The notes beneath the pieces are model-generated. The model ran no database searches, had not been told where the DNA came from, and saw only the letters and a list, made by a program, of their open reading frames with translations. Of a DNA stretch of 64,000 nucleotides, positions 27,159-36,507 are shown piece after piece. The stretch is from IMG/VR virus record IMGVR_UViG_3300036761_001135, positions 64,001-128,000 of that record; one strand, given 5' to 3'. Position numbers and translations under genes: made by a program. This DNA comes from a virus. Position 1 is the stretch's first letter, and each line of letters begins with the position of its first letter.

Positions 27159-27451
27159 CAGGCGTCGTCTTCCTCGTCACCGGATTCCTTTCGCGTTAGC
27201 AGGATCGCCGGCCCGGCGATGTAGTCGCCTTCTCGCAGGTAGGGGGCGACGTAGGCGGTGGCCAGCAGGTTGGGTGGCAATCCGTGCAGCTTGCCTTCCT
27301 CGTTGATGCAGAGGATGAGTCCCTCTTGATCCAGCGTGACGAATTCGATGTAGCCGCCCACCAATGATTGCATCTCGTCCAGGTCGAACGAGGCACCTTT
27401 GTTGGGGGTGATCCATGTGGCTTCGCCGGTCACGGGGATGAGTCGTGCCAT
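27158..27451 (-). CDS. DUF3846-like protein
   Basis: 'LDEMQSLVGGYIEFV..INEEGKL.GLPPNLLAT..IAGPAIL'. Confidence 0.8.
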   Translation of the reverse strand: MARLIPVTGEATWITPNKGASFDLDEMQSLVGGYIEFVTLDQEGLILCINEEGKLHGLPPNLLATAYVAPYLREGDYIAGPAILLTRKESGDEEDDA

Positions 27452-27503
27452 CTATTTCCTCCCGAGTTGGCGGGCGATCTCTTGGAGCGCCCGGGTTTGG
27501 CTA

Positions 27504-27872
27504 TCAGTCCCATGACAGATCCGTTTGCAGCGCGATGCACGCGCTGACGATCCGCAGGAGGCAGTGGATGCGCTCGCGCTCACGATCTTCTGTGGTCCCA
27601 CAGTCGATGACCGTGCAGCTCTTGTTGTCTGGTCTTTGGACCAGGGATTCCGGTTGGCTGAAGACATCGCGCTTGTTGAGGGCGCGAATCAGGCGCTGGG
27701 CCACGGCCGGCAGGTCGGCCAGTGGGCAGTCGCCACAGCAGTCGTTGGGGAGACCGGCAACGTCCAGCATCCTGGTCGCGTTGACGTTGGCGAAGTTAGC
27801 CCAGTATTCTGGCTCTGGGCCGTACTGACCCTTGACGGTCGGGCACTTTTTGGGTTTGAACGTGACGCTCAT
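27504..27872 (-). CDS. Hypothetical protein
   Basis: GAGGAGG SD before MSVTFKPK; overlaps the stop of the upstream gene. Confidence 0.7.
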   Translation of the reverse strand: MSVTFKPKKCPTVKGQYGPEPEYWANFANVNATRMLDVAGLPNDCCGDCPLADLPAVAQRLIRALNKRDVFSQPESLVQRPDNKSCTVIDCGTTEDRERERIHCLLRIVSACIALQTDLSWD

Positions 27873-28099
27873 GCGGCCTCCTCTGTGGCCGGCAGGAACC
27901 GGCATCCTGGGACTGTGGCCACGATGTCGGCCAGCGTGCCATACCGGATGACCATTGGCTGGTCTTTCCGGTCGTATTCGCCATCGTCGCGGGGGGCGAG
28001 GCACATGTCGTACAGGATCATGCCTTCGGGAATGGCCCAGGCGATGTCGGACTCGTCGCGGTCGTAGATGCTGGCGATGATGGTTTTCTCTACGAGCAT
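27869..28099 (-). CDS. Hypothetical protein
   Basis: GGAGGT SD before MLVEKTII. Confidence 0.7.
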   Translation of the reverse strand: MLVEKTIIASIYDRDESDIAWAIPEGMILYDMCLAPRDDGEYDRKDQPMVIRYGTLADIVATVPGCRFLPATEEAA

Positions 28100-28141
28100 G
28101 AGAACCTCCCGGCGGCCATCGTTGACCGCCATCTGCCCTAG

Positions 28142-28169
28142 AATTTAAGGCTGCAATAGCGTTTGTCAA
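28142..28169 (-). promoter_or_regulatory. sigma70-type promoter (leftward)
   Basis: Minus strand TTGACA-16 nt-TAAATT; shares GCAAACGC..GTTGACAAAC with the 27011 promoter. Confidence 0.65.
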
Positions 28170-28205
28170 CCGCGTTTGCAAGCTGAGTATGCTCGGCGTT
28201 GCAGA

Positions 28206-28235
28206 TTGACAGGATGAGCACATGATGAGTAAGGT
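28206..28235 (+). promoter_or_regulatory. Possible divergent rightward promoter
   Basis: TTGACA-18 nt-TAAGGT upstream of the RHH gene. Confidence 0.45.
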
Positions 28236-28263
28236 TTGAGCATGATATGAGCAAGGGGTGCGC

Positions 28264-28458
28264 ATGCGTCTGAACGTCGAGTGCCAGGATGATGTGTTGG
28301 AAGAGTTTCGCAAGCGGGCAGACGGCCTTGGGCGATCCGTGTCGGACGTGATCCGCGAGTTGATTGTTGGGTGGGTTCGTTCGGAGCGTCGTGCTGAAGC
28401 AGATCGGCTGTCACTGGATGCACAGCTAAAACAAAGATGGAGGAATGGAGATGACTGA
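28264..28458 (+). CDS. Ribbon-helix-helix (CopG-like) DNA-binding protein
   Basis: MRLNVECQDDVLEEFRKRADGLGRSVSDVIRELI fits the RHH pattern. Confidence 0.75.
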   Translation: MRLNVECQDDVLEEFRKRADGLGRSVSDVIRELIVGWVRSERRAEADRLSLDAQLKQRWRNGDD

Positions 28459-29257
28459 GGAGACAACGACTCTGGCGAAGACGAAGGGGCATCTCATGGA
28501 TGTGTCAGCGGGCATGCTCGCTGTGGAGTTGCCGTGTGGATATCTGGATTCTTCTGGCATAGTGCATCGTGACCTCGTTGTGGGGGAGATGACTGGTTAC
28601 GAGGAGGACTTGTTGGCGGGGAAGGGGCCTATCCTGCCACGTCTGAACCAGATCATCATGAATTGCACGCGTCGCATTGGTGGATTTGAGGACCGATCTC
28701 AGATTGGTGCGGCTGTAAATGGTCTGACCGCGAGTGATCGCATGGTGGCGTTCCTGGCTATCCGGCGGGTGTCGCTCGGGGATTTCTACGACGTGAAGGT
28801 GCAGTGTCCGAACCCAGACTGTCGAGAAGAGGTTCGATATGCTCTGAATCTTGCGGACGTGGAGATTCATGCCATGGAAGATCCTACGCAGCGGGTGTTC
28901 GAGCACACGTTGAAGTCGGGAAGGGTGGTGAGTTGGCACATCATGTCGAGCACGGACGAAGAGTGGCTGACCACCAAGACGAAGAAGTCCAAGGATGACG
29001 TGTTGACGTTGGGCATCATGGCTCGCGTGGACGAAATCAATGGTGTGCCGATCAACCGGGAGAAGGACATTGTTGGGGCCATGGCGTTGCTCAAGGCGTT
29101 ACCCACGCGAGATAGAAACGACATACGTTCTCTGTTTGAGAAACATGAAGGACACGTCGATACGAATGTAGATTTTTCATGTCCTTCATGTGAGCATGAG
29201 TGGAAAGCGGAATTGAATCTGGGGCAGCCCAGTTTTTTCTTCCCATCGGCCTCGTAG
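28445..29257 (+). CDS. Baseplate hub assembly / tail assembly chaperone (T4 gp26-like)
   Basis: 'EMTGYEEDLL..DR..FLAIRRVSLG..Y.VKVQCP..C' and terminal 'CPSC..L...SFFFP'; sits before the tape measure gene. Confidence 0.75.
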   Translation: MEMTEETTTLAKTKGHLMDVSAGMLAVELPCGYLDSSGIVHRDLVVGEMTGYEEDLLAGKGPILPRLNQIIMNCTRRIGGFEDRSQIGAAVNGLTASDRMVAFLAIRRVSLGDFYDVKVQCPNPDCREEVRYALNLADVEIHAMEDPTQRVFEHTLKSGRVVSWHIMSSTDEEWLTTKTKKSKDDVLTLGIMARVDEINGVPINREKDIVGAMALLKALPTRDRNDIRSLFEKHEGHVDTNVDFSCPSCEHEWKAELNLGQPSFFFPSAS

Positions 29258-29451
29258 AGCACTTGGAGGCGGAGGTCTTCTTCCTAATGGAGCTACAGGG
29301 CGGCACGTATGACAGTGTGATGGCGATGCCCTTCAGCCGACGCAAGCGGTTTGTGGAGCAGAAGCAGAACCTGGAGACGAGCCGTCGGTCCAACGAGGAG
29401 CAGGCAGCGTCCAAAGCGCGTATGCGGGCTCGCACGCGAGGCAGACGGTAG
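29233..29451 (+). CDS. Small tail chaperone partner (gp51-like), reachable by -1 frameshift from the upstream gene
   Basis: 'TYDSVMAMPFSRRKRFVE'; in-phase T-TTT-TTC at 29233-29239; an independent ATG at 29287 is also possible. Confidence 0.6.
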   Translation, partial: FFLPIGLVEHLEAEVFFLMELQGGTYDSVMAMPFSRRKRFVEQKQNLETSRRSNEEQAASKARMRARTRGRR

Positions 29452-29452
29452 G

Positions 29453-29472
29453 ACGCGAACCCGGGTTCGCGT
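29453..29472. repeat. Palindromic repeat copy 6 (perfect 20-bp palindrome)
   Basis: ACGCGAACCCGGGTTCGCGT between TAG and the GGAGG of the tape measure gene. Confidence 0.9.
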
Positions 29473-29481
29473 GGAGGCATC

Positions 29482-32400
29482 ATGAATCTGCTGGGGATAT
29501 CCTGGGGCATGGGTGCGAGGGACGTCGGCATGAAGGCCGCTGTGGACTCGGCGCAAAAGGGTATTGACAGCCTAAATGAGGGTCTTGAGAAGCAGTCCAA
29601 GATCGCGTCCAAGTCTAAGATTCCGGGATTCCTTGAGGGTTTGAAGCACTTCAACCTGGGGTCCATTGCGCAGTCGGTGCGGGAGATGGCCGGGGACACC
29701 GGAAACCTCACAAACTCATTGGAGGCCATGGGGGTAGCCAACGCGAAGACGGCCAAGCCGTTTGTTGCTGCCATGAACCTGAGCGCGGACGCGGCCCGCA
29801 AGATGGTTGGTCGGATTTCGGGCATGGCAATTGGCATGAACGTTGGTGCGGAGAGCGTGGCCAAGGTGTTCACGGAGTTCAACCGCATGACGCCAGCGGC
29901 CAAGGCGACGTCCAAGGCTCTGGGAATGACAGAGAAGGACTTCGTGAAGTTCAGCGAGACGACCGGGGTCTCGGCGGCGGACCTGAACTCGTCGATCACG
30001 GACCTGACCGGGTCGTGGAACATGGCGCCCGAGAGCGTGGCCAAGTTCCTGAACTCGATGACGGAGCTGGGCAAGAAGACGGGCGTGGGCATGACGCCCA
30101 TCGCCGGGCTGAAGGACAACCTGCAATCCTTGGACGACATCTTCGAGAAGATGCCGCCGGGGCTCCAGCGCACGGGGGCGGAGATCACGGGCCTGGTGGA
30201 GAGTTCCGTGCGGCTGGCGGGCGCCTTTGCGGCGCAGGGGGCCAGCGCAGAGGACGCCACCAAGATGGGCGCGGAGACGGCGAAGATGTTCGCCGAGCAG
30301 TCCACCGAGGTCGAGCGGATGATGAAGACCGGCATGGGCAAGGGCGACATCGCGGAGGCGTCGCCCCTGATCAAGTACCTGACCGGGCTGGGGATCGGCT
30401 TTGAGGAGGCGCGCGGCATCGTGGACGTCGGGTCGCGGGACACCGTGCAGGGCGTCCAGCGGATGCAGGCGGCGTTCACCAAGTACAACGTGAGCGGGGC
30501 GCAGCAGCAGGCCATGCTGTCCGGGCTGAGCGAGGCGATGGGCGAGGGGGTCAAGGGCCTGGGCTACCTGGCGGCGGGTGGGGACAGTGCGGCGGCGTCC
30601 CTCAAGGCCATGTCGGACATCACGGTGACGGGCAAGGACACGCTGAAGAAGTACGGGGACCAGGCGTTCAGTAGTGGGCGCACCTTGCAGGACTCCCTGG
30701 ACCTCATGAAGAGTTCGTTCGAGACGCGGCTGCGCAGCATCGCGCGCAAGGACGTGTCCAGCTTCGTGGGCGACCTGGGCCGGGCGTACAAGCAGGTCGG
30801 GGACGAGACCATCGCGCTGGCGGGAGACAAGAACTGGGGTCCGATTGTGAAGCGCCTGTCGGCGATGCAGCAGTTGGGCGCCAAGGGGCTGTTCATCAAG
30901 ATGGACGGCGGGTCGAACAAGGCTATGGCGCGGTCGTCAGCCATGATTGATGCGGTGGGAGGAGCCTTCGACTCGGTGTCAAAGTCCATGGGTCCGGTGG
31001 TCAGCATCTTCTCTGAGCTGGTGATCGTGGCCGGGCCGCTGCTCAAGGTGTTTGGGAAAATCTTGGCGAGCCCGCTAGGCAAGTTGGGTCTGTGGGGCGG
31101 CGCGATTGCCGGGCTGGCTCTGGGGTTCGACTGGTTATCGAAGTCCGGGGTGAAGCTGTCGGACGTGATGGCCAAGGTGGTGAAGTGGGTGGGCGGCGCG
31201 GCGGGCAACCTGGCGGACTGGCTGGGAAACATGGACTGGGAGGCTATTGGGAAGAAGTTGGGCGACTTCGCGGTGGAGGCGGTGACGTTCATCCCGAAGG
31301 CCATTGCGACATGGGCGAGCGGGGCGGAGTCCAACTCGGCTCTGGCCAATGCGGCCTCGACGCTCATGCAGAACATGGGGAGCGCTCTGTGGGCGGCGGC
31401 TAAGGGTCTGTTCGTGGCGACACGGGAGATTGGTAAGAAGGTCGTTGGGGCAGCATCAGAGTGGTGGAATTCGTGGACGTGGGACGATGTAGCTCCGGCA
31501 TTTGATCGTATGGAGAATAGAATTACAAAATGGTGGCTAGGTCTAAAGAAGAATCCAGAATTTGCGCAGTTTGAACTAGACACGAAGATGTGGTTCACGG
31601 AGACGTGGTGGGCGGCACAAGATGGGATACGCACTCTATTCTCCAAGGTGGGGGATGGAATTAACTCGGCAATTGCTATCCTGAACACGGCTGACTTTGG
31701 CGTGAATTTGGGGAACAAGGTGCGGTCTTTCTTCCAGGAGGGATTGGTTGGCATCGCCACATATGTGCATGAGTCGATGCGTCAGTTCGCTCATGATGCT
31801 CTTAACAGCATGTTGACGGTGGACAGCACGGCGTGGATAGGAAAGTGGTCAACGCTGGTGGCGGAGTTTGTGATCAAGTTTCAAGCGATGATGACGGGCA
31901 TCAAGGATTCGGTCAGCGGATTCATCGCAGGACTGTTCGATCCGAAGGAGACCGCCAAGAACATGGCGAGTTACTTCTTCGAGTTGCTTAAGGCCGTCAT
32001 AGATGGACTACGCGGGATCGTCTACAAGGTGGGCGAGTACACGCAGAAAATCGGCGGATTCGTCAGCGACATCGTGTATCAGGTGGCCAATCCAGATGAA
32101 CACGCCAAGAAGATGGCGCAATTGCGAGCTGAGGATCTCTTAGACCAGAAAAAGAACCTGGACGAGCGCGTTCGCATGCAAAAAGATGCATACGACAAGC
32201 AGTTGCAGATCAACAAAGGCCGGGCAGGCAAGGTGACAGGTCTGGCAGAAGTCAATCTGGCAGGAATTGGAGAGGCAGCAGAGGGAAAGAGTCCAAAACA
32301 GGTCGCCAAGGAACAGGCGTGGCGTTCTACGCAGTGGCAGAAGACGGCAGGGGAAGTTTCGGCGGCTGCGATGGAGTACGGAAAGGCGCAGGCGGCACTG

Positions 32401-33357
32401 ACGGCGGTGCAGGCGGACAAGAATCTCCTTGGGAGTGAGACGGACCTGGATGCTCAGAAGAGGATGCTCATAGCCGAGCAGGCACTAGCAGCTACGCGTG
32501 GAACTGGGATCGAGGCGGCTAAAAAGGCAGGCGTTGGTGGTGAAGGATTAACGGGAATTGGCAAGGCAATGGACGTCCTTGTGAAGCAACAGGCGGACAC
32601 TGCCAGGTACGAGGCGTTGGCGGCTGAGCAGGCGCAGAAGATGCAAGAGGCGCAGGCCAATGTGCAGGCGTTTACGCAGGCGAACGCGGCGACGATCACG
32701 GACGCGCTTGGGCAGGCGGCGATGGGGGCTAGTGACGCGGGCATCGCGGTGGTGGACGACTTCGCGCGTGGCATCAACAACCCCGATGCAAACAAGCTTT
32801 TGAAGGACTCGGTCTTTGGAGCATCGGACATGGTGAGCAAGTCGATGACGACGCACTCTCCGATCCTTGAGGGACCGTTGATGGGTGTTGGCGGAGGTGG
32901 AGAGTCGGATCCTGCATGGATTGCGGGCCGCACGCTCATGGAGTCCATGGCGCTCGGTATCGAGAGCGGTACGACGGTGGTGTCGGAGGCCGTGGCGCGG
33001 GCTTTGGACGAGTCTGTGTTTGCCACTTTCGACGCCTACAAGATCAAGATGGCGGAGTTAGCCAAGAAGAAGAGCCTCTTAAACGATGTGGCGGACATGA
33101 TGATGCGCGACTTCGGGAGAGAGGGCAGCATCGTCAACACGATCACGGTGGATGACAAGACCGAAGACGTGCGGTCTAACATGAAGGCCATGTTGAACGT
33201 CCCGGGCCTGGCCGGCGTGACGATGGCGATTATGAATGAGGGCGCGAAGCAGCGGGCGATTTTGGACAAGATCCGTGGGTTCACGCAGGTCATCGCGGAG
33301 AGCGAGTTGATCAAAAATGGCGGTTCACCAACGGCGAAGCCAGTAGTGCTTGGATAA
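29482..33357 (+). CDS. Tape measure protein
   Basis: 1291 aa, Ala/Gly-rich and helical, with W/F-periodic segments and a hydrophobic mid-section; follows the chaperone genes. Confidence 0.88.
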   Translation: MNLLGISWGMGARDVGMKAAVDSAQKGIDSLNEGLEKQSKIASKSKIPGFLEGLKHFNLGSIAQSVREMAGDTGNLTNSLEAMGVANAKTAKPFVAAMNLSADAARKMVGRISGMAIGMNVGAESVAKVFTEFNRMTPAAKATSKALGMTEKDFVKFSETTGVSAADLNSSITDLTGSWNMAPESVAKFLNSMTELGKKTGVGMTPIAGLKDNLQSLDDIFEKMPPGLQRTGAEITGLVESSVRLAGAFAAQGASAEDATKMGAETAKMFAEQSTEVERMMKTGMGKGDIAEASPLIKYLTGLGIGFEEARGIVDVGSRDTVQGVQRMQAAFTKYNVSGAQQQAMLSGLSEAMGEGVKGLGYLAAGGDSAAASLKAMSDITVTGKDTLKKYGDQAFSSGRTLQDSLDLMKSSFETRLRSIARKDVSSFVGDLGRAYKQVGDETIALAGDKNWGPIVKRLSAMQQLGAKGLFIKMDGGSNKAMARSSAMIDAVGGAFDSVSKSMGPVVSIFSELVIVAGPLLKVFGKILASPLGKLGLWGGAIAGLALGFDWLSKSGVKLSDVMAKVVKWVGGAAGNLADWLGNMDWEAIGKKLGDFAVEAVTFIPKAIATWASGAESNSALANAASTLMQNMGSALWAAAKGLFVATREIGKKVVGAASEWWNSWTWDDVAPAFDRMENRITKWWLGLKKNPEFAQFELDTKMWFTETWWAAQDGIRTLFSKVGDGINSAIAILNTADFGVNLGNKVRSFFQEGLVGIATYVHESMRQFAHDALNSMLTVDSTAWIGKWSTLVAEFVIKFQAMMTGIKDSVSGFIAGLFDPKETAKNMASYFFELLKAVIDGLRGIVYKVGEYTQKIGGFVSDIVYQVANPDEHAKKMAQLRAEDLLDQKKNLDERVRMQKDAYDKQLQINKGRAGKVTGLAEVNLAGIGEAAEGKSPKQVAKEQAWRSTQWQKTAGEVSAAAMEYGKAQAALTAVQADKNLLGSETDLDAQKRMLIAEQALAATRGTGIEAAKKAGVGGEGLTGIGKAMDVLVKQQADTARYEALAAEQAQKMQEAQANVQAFTQANAATITDALGQAAMGASDAGIAVVDDFARGINNPDANKLLKDSVFGASDMVSKSMTTHSPILEGPLMGVGGGGESDPAWIAGRTLMESMALGIESGTTVVSEAVARALDESVFATFDAYKIKMAELAKKKSLLNDVADMMMRDFGREGSIVNTITVDDKTEDVRSNMKAMLNVPGLAGVTMAIMNEGAKQRAILDKIRGFTQVIAESELIKNGGSPTAKPVVLG

Positions 33358-33369
33358 CAGGAGGCCGAG

Positions 33370-33735
33370 ATGCCTGCACCGACCCCGACCATACCCAAAC
33401 GGGTGCTGAACGCGACCATGGGATCGCCCATGAGGTTCATGGACGAGGAGGTCATCTGGGATCTAGAGATGTCGTCTTCGGTGCGGTTTAGAAGGCCGTT
33501 TGAGATGCCGAGTTGGGAGGGCGTGACGGACAACGAGGTGGAGTACGTCATTGAAGATCCGTGGATGCGGATCGACATCTTAGCCAAGAGTTTTTACGGA
33601 AACGAGGAGATGGGGTGGATCATTTCAGCGCGCAACAATTTGGACCTTCCAGATGTTGAGTTGTACCCAGGCCGGCGCTTGAAGATTCCTATGCGGGCTT
33701 GGGTAGAGCGCGTGTTGTTGCGGCAGGGGAGATAG
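33370..33735 (+). CDS. Baseplate wedge gp53 / tail X-like LysM-type protein
   Basis: 'RIDILAKSFYGNEEMGWII..N.L...G..LKIP'. Confidence 0.85.
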   Translation: MPAPTPTIPKRVLNATMGSPMRFMDEEVIWDLEMSSSVRFRRPFEMPSWEGVTDNEVEYVIEDPWMRIDILAKSFYGNEEMGWIISARNNLDLPDVELYPGRRLKIPMRAWVERVLLRQGR

Positions 33736-33737
33736 GG

Positions 33738-35117
33738 ATGTTTACCGACCCAGTAGCGCAGATCGTTATCACGAACCCGACGAGCGGGAAGGTTTGGTAT
33801 TTCAACGCGCCAGATTACCCGTTTGTGACCGGGGTGAGCTTGGCGTTTGAGTTCGCGCGCAAGGCTGCTTTGCAGGTCACATTTGACGCGCCTTACGACG
33901 TGGCGGTTGATAAGCTGTTGGGCCTGGATTCGCCGTTCACCATGGGGAACAACGTGCGGGCTCGGATTGGATATGCGAAGCATCCGACATGGTGGACGGA
34001 GTGGTTCGAGGGGTTTTTGGCGGCGGGTGGGGACGGTCTGACCTTGGATGCAAACGGCATGACGGGAACGATCACGGTGCAGGTGATTTCGGAGGGTTCT
34101 GGATACACGGTGTCTGGCGAGGCTCTGAAGGTGACCAACCCGAACGATATGTTTGTGCAGTGCGCGAAGGCGTTGGGTGTGGAGTTCAAACCGTCGCCTG
34201 GGTCGGCCACGTTGATGAATGGTTTAAATTCTGATTTGGAAAAGGGAAAGCCAACAGATGCCGAGGCGGGTTGGAAGCCGGAGGCGTTTGCTGGGATGAC
34301 GGTGTGGGAGGCGGCAGATGCCCTTGCCAAGATGGCGAATTTGAGGATGTGGATAGGCCCGAATCCGGCAAGTCCTGGTGGGGGAATACACATCATGTAT
34401 CTTGGCACTGAAGAGGAGCTATCGACGGGCGTTCTGAGCCATCTCAAGGAAGCTGGGACGGCCGGAGGAGTTGGCGTGCGGCCGACGTTTAGGTTGCGTG
34501 GGGTGGTGGATTTAAACACGTCTACGTTCCCGTGTTTGTCGTGGGCACCAGAGGGATCTGGGTTTGCGTCGTGGCTTCCGACGAACATGGTCCAGACGGG
34601 CAAGGGCGTTGAGAAGGTATTTGTAAATACAAAAACGGGCTTGATCGAGTCTGTGAATGCGAAGGCGGTAGATCGCAAGGTGGCTACGGTAGGCGCGGTG
34701 GCCACGCCTGGGCCAGAGGACATCAAGACGACGGACGCCACGGGGAAGAGTTTGACTGGAGATGAGAAGAAGGCGGACGGCAAGGAGGCGGTCATTACGA
34801 GTTCGCCGGTGCCTGGGGGAGAGGCGGGCAAGGCGCGGGCGCAGTTGGCGGCGGAGAAAGAGCGTGATGCGGGGAGCCCTTCGCAGGTGGGGGTGATCAC
34901 GTCCTTGGGATTGCCGTGGGTGGTGCCGTCTGAGCTGTGTTTCTTGCGTGGGTGCGGGATGATCTACGACGGGCCGTACCTTGTGGACAAGGCGACGCAC
35001 AAGTGGGGGCCTGGCACCTATGAGATGACATTGACGTGCCGCCGACAGGGTGACGGCACGGCGATGAAGGCTGGAGAGAAGGTCCAGACGCCCGTGGGCA
35101 CGATGCCGGAGAAGTAA
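33738..35117 (+). CDS. Baseplate hub protein (gp27/GpD-like)
   Basis: 'GNNVRARIGY' and C-terminal 'GLPWV..G.G..YDGPYLVDKATH..G.Y.MTL'. Confidence 0.75.
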   Translation: MFTDPVAQIVITNPTSGKVWYFNAPDYPFVTGVSLAFEFARKAALQVTFDAPYDVAVDKLLGLDSPFTMGNNVRARIGYAKHPTWWTEWFEGFLAAGGDGLTLDANGMTGTITVQVISEGSGYTVSGEALKVTNPNDMFVQCAKALGVEFKPSPGSATLMNGLNSDLEKGKPTDAEAGWKPEAFAGMTVWEAADALAKMANLRMWIGPNPASPGGGIHIMYLGTEEELSTGVLSHLKEAGTAGGVGVRPTFRLRGVVDLNTSTFPCLSWAPEGSGFASWLPTNMVQTGKGVEKVFVNTKTGLIESVNAKAVDRKVATVGAVATPGPEDIKTTDATGKSLTGDEKKADGKEAVITSSPVPGGEAGKARAQLAAEKERDAGSPSQVGVITSLGLPWVVPSELCFLRGCGMIYDGPYLVDKATHKWGPGTYEMTLTCRRQGDGTAMKAGEKVQTPVGTMPEK

Positions 35118-35120
35118 GTT

Positions 35121-36086
35121 ATGTTTGGCAACAGGAGCGATTCACTACGCCTGGCAACTGACCCGATTGGGTGGCTGCGGGACACCCTTGCGCGGATCGG
35201 CCTAGAGGGCTTTGCGCGACGATTCTACGGCCTTTACCCAGGTGTGGTGGTGAGCAACGCGGACCCAGACAATCGAGGCAGGATTCAAGCGCTGTGCCCT
35301 GCTGTTGGACTCAATACGGCGGACCAGTTGGGGCCGAGCTGGTGGGCGTTGCCGTGCATGCCTGGTTTGTCCGTGGACCCAGACACCAAGCAGGCGAGCG
35401 GGATCTTCCATCCGCCGGACGCGAATGCCCAGGTGTGGTTGATGTTTCAGCATGGAGATCCAGAGTTCCCGGTCTACATGGGCGGGTACATGGCGGCGGA
35501 CAAGGCGAGCGATACGTTCGACGCGGAGACCGCATTGAGGAAGGGATTTCGCACGCGCACGGGGCACTACCTGCGCATGTCGGACGACCCGGAGGATCTG
35601 CACCTCATCATTGGCAAGGGTGATGGAGCGGGCGGGCCGAGCCCCGCGTTCCTGACGGTGGACAAGGACGGTTCGACACTGCTCACCAACGAGATGGGCA
35701 GCATGCTGTTCATGAACGCCACGACCCCGGAGACAAGCTTGATGACGGCCAACGACAAGGGCGAGGTCACGGCGATGCTGATGCTGGGGGACGACAAGAT
35801 CACGCTGGCCACGAAGAGCGGAGGAGCCATCGGAATCGACGGCAAGAATATCACCATGACGGGGGACAACGTGGTGGCGGATGCGAGCAAGCAGTTTGTA
35901 GCGAACGCTGGGACGGTCATGTTGGGAAAGGGGGCCTCGGAGCCGGCGGTACGCGGGATGAAGTTGATGACGTGGGCTCTGGCGCACCAACATGTGTGTG
36001 CGGCTCCAGGAGCGCCAACAACTCCAGGGCCGCTGCCTCCGCCTATGCTGTATAAAGAGCTGAGCGAAGTCGTGTTTATTCGATAG
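35121..36086 (+). CDS. Baseplate central spike (gp5/GpV/VgrG OB-fold)
   Basis: 'FYGLYPGVVVSNADPDNRGRIQ..P..WALP..P..VWLMFQHGDP.FPVYMG'; C-terminal HxH. Confidence 0.9.
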   Translation: MFGNRSDSLRLATDPIGWLRDTLARIGLEGFARRFYGLYPGVVVSNADPDNRGRIQALCPAVGLNTADQLGPSWWALPCMPGLSVDPDTKQASGIFHPPDANAQVWLMFQHGDPEFPVYMGGYMAADKASDTFDAETALRKGFRTRTGHYLRMSDDPEDLHLIIGKGDGAGGPSPAFLTVDKDGSTLLTNEMGSMLFMNATTPETSLMTANDKGEVTAMLMLGDDKITLATKSGGAIGIDGKNITMTGDNVVADASKQFVANAGTVMLGKGASEPAVRGMKLMTWALAHQHVCAAPGAPTTPGPLPPPMLYKELSEVVFIR

Positions 36087-36104
36087 AGGTGAGGATGAGG
36101 CCAA

Positions 36105-36464
36105 ATGTCCAAGTGCAAGATCCCAACTCCGCCGACCTTGGCGCTGGCCATTCCGATCCCAGGCATCCCGTTTGCGATGCCTGCGATCCCGACTTTGCCC
36201 GCGATACCGGCGATGCCTGCGATCCCTGGATTGACTATGCCGACGTTGCCGACGTTGGCACTGGCGATCCCGATCCCGAGCCCGCCGTTTGCATTGCCTG
36301 CGATTCCGACGTTGCCAAGCATGCCGAGTTTGCCATCGATCCCGAATCCGCCGAGCATGCCGACGTTGGCGCTGGCCATTCCGATCCCTGGATTGCCGTT
36401 TGCACTGCCCGCGCTGCCGAGCTTGCCAGCGATGCCCGGACTTCCAAGTTGTCCGCTAGACTGA
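36105..36464 (+). CDS. Proline-rich repetitive small protein
   Basis: Three 'PTLALAIPIP' repeats; Cys near both ends; fills the gap between the spike and gp25 genes. Confidence 0.65.
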   Translation: MSKCKIPTPPTLALAIPIPGIPFAMPAIPTLPAIPAMPAIPGLTMPTLPTLALAIPIPSPPFALPAIPTLPSMPSLPSIPNPPSMPTLALAIPIPGLPFALPALPSLPAMPGLPSCPLD

Positions 36465-36465
36465 C

Positions 36466-36485
36466 ACGCGAACCTGGGTTCGCCT
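36466..36485. repeat. Palindromic repeat copy 7
   Basis: ACGCGAACCTGGGTTCGCCT just after TGA. Confidence 0.9.
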
Positions 36486-36507
36486 CAAACTGTGATAGGA
36501 TGCGTTC

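Noticed and set aside
27504-28466. 320-aa minus-strand ORF as one gene
   Set aside because: Only the part from the SD-preceded ATG at 27872 is plausible; the upstream part overlaps promoters and other genes.
29091-31760. Long minus-strand ORFs opposite the tape measure gene (and similar ones opposite the sheath and fibre genes)
   Set aside because: Expected shadow frames of GC-rich coding DNA.
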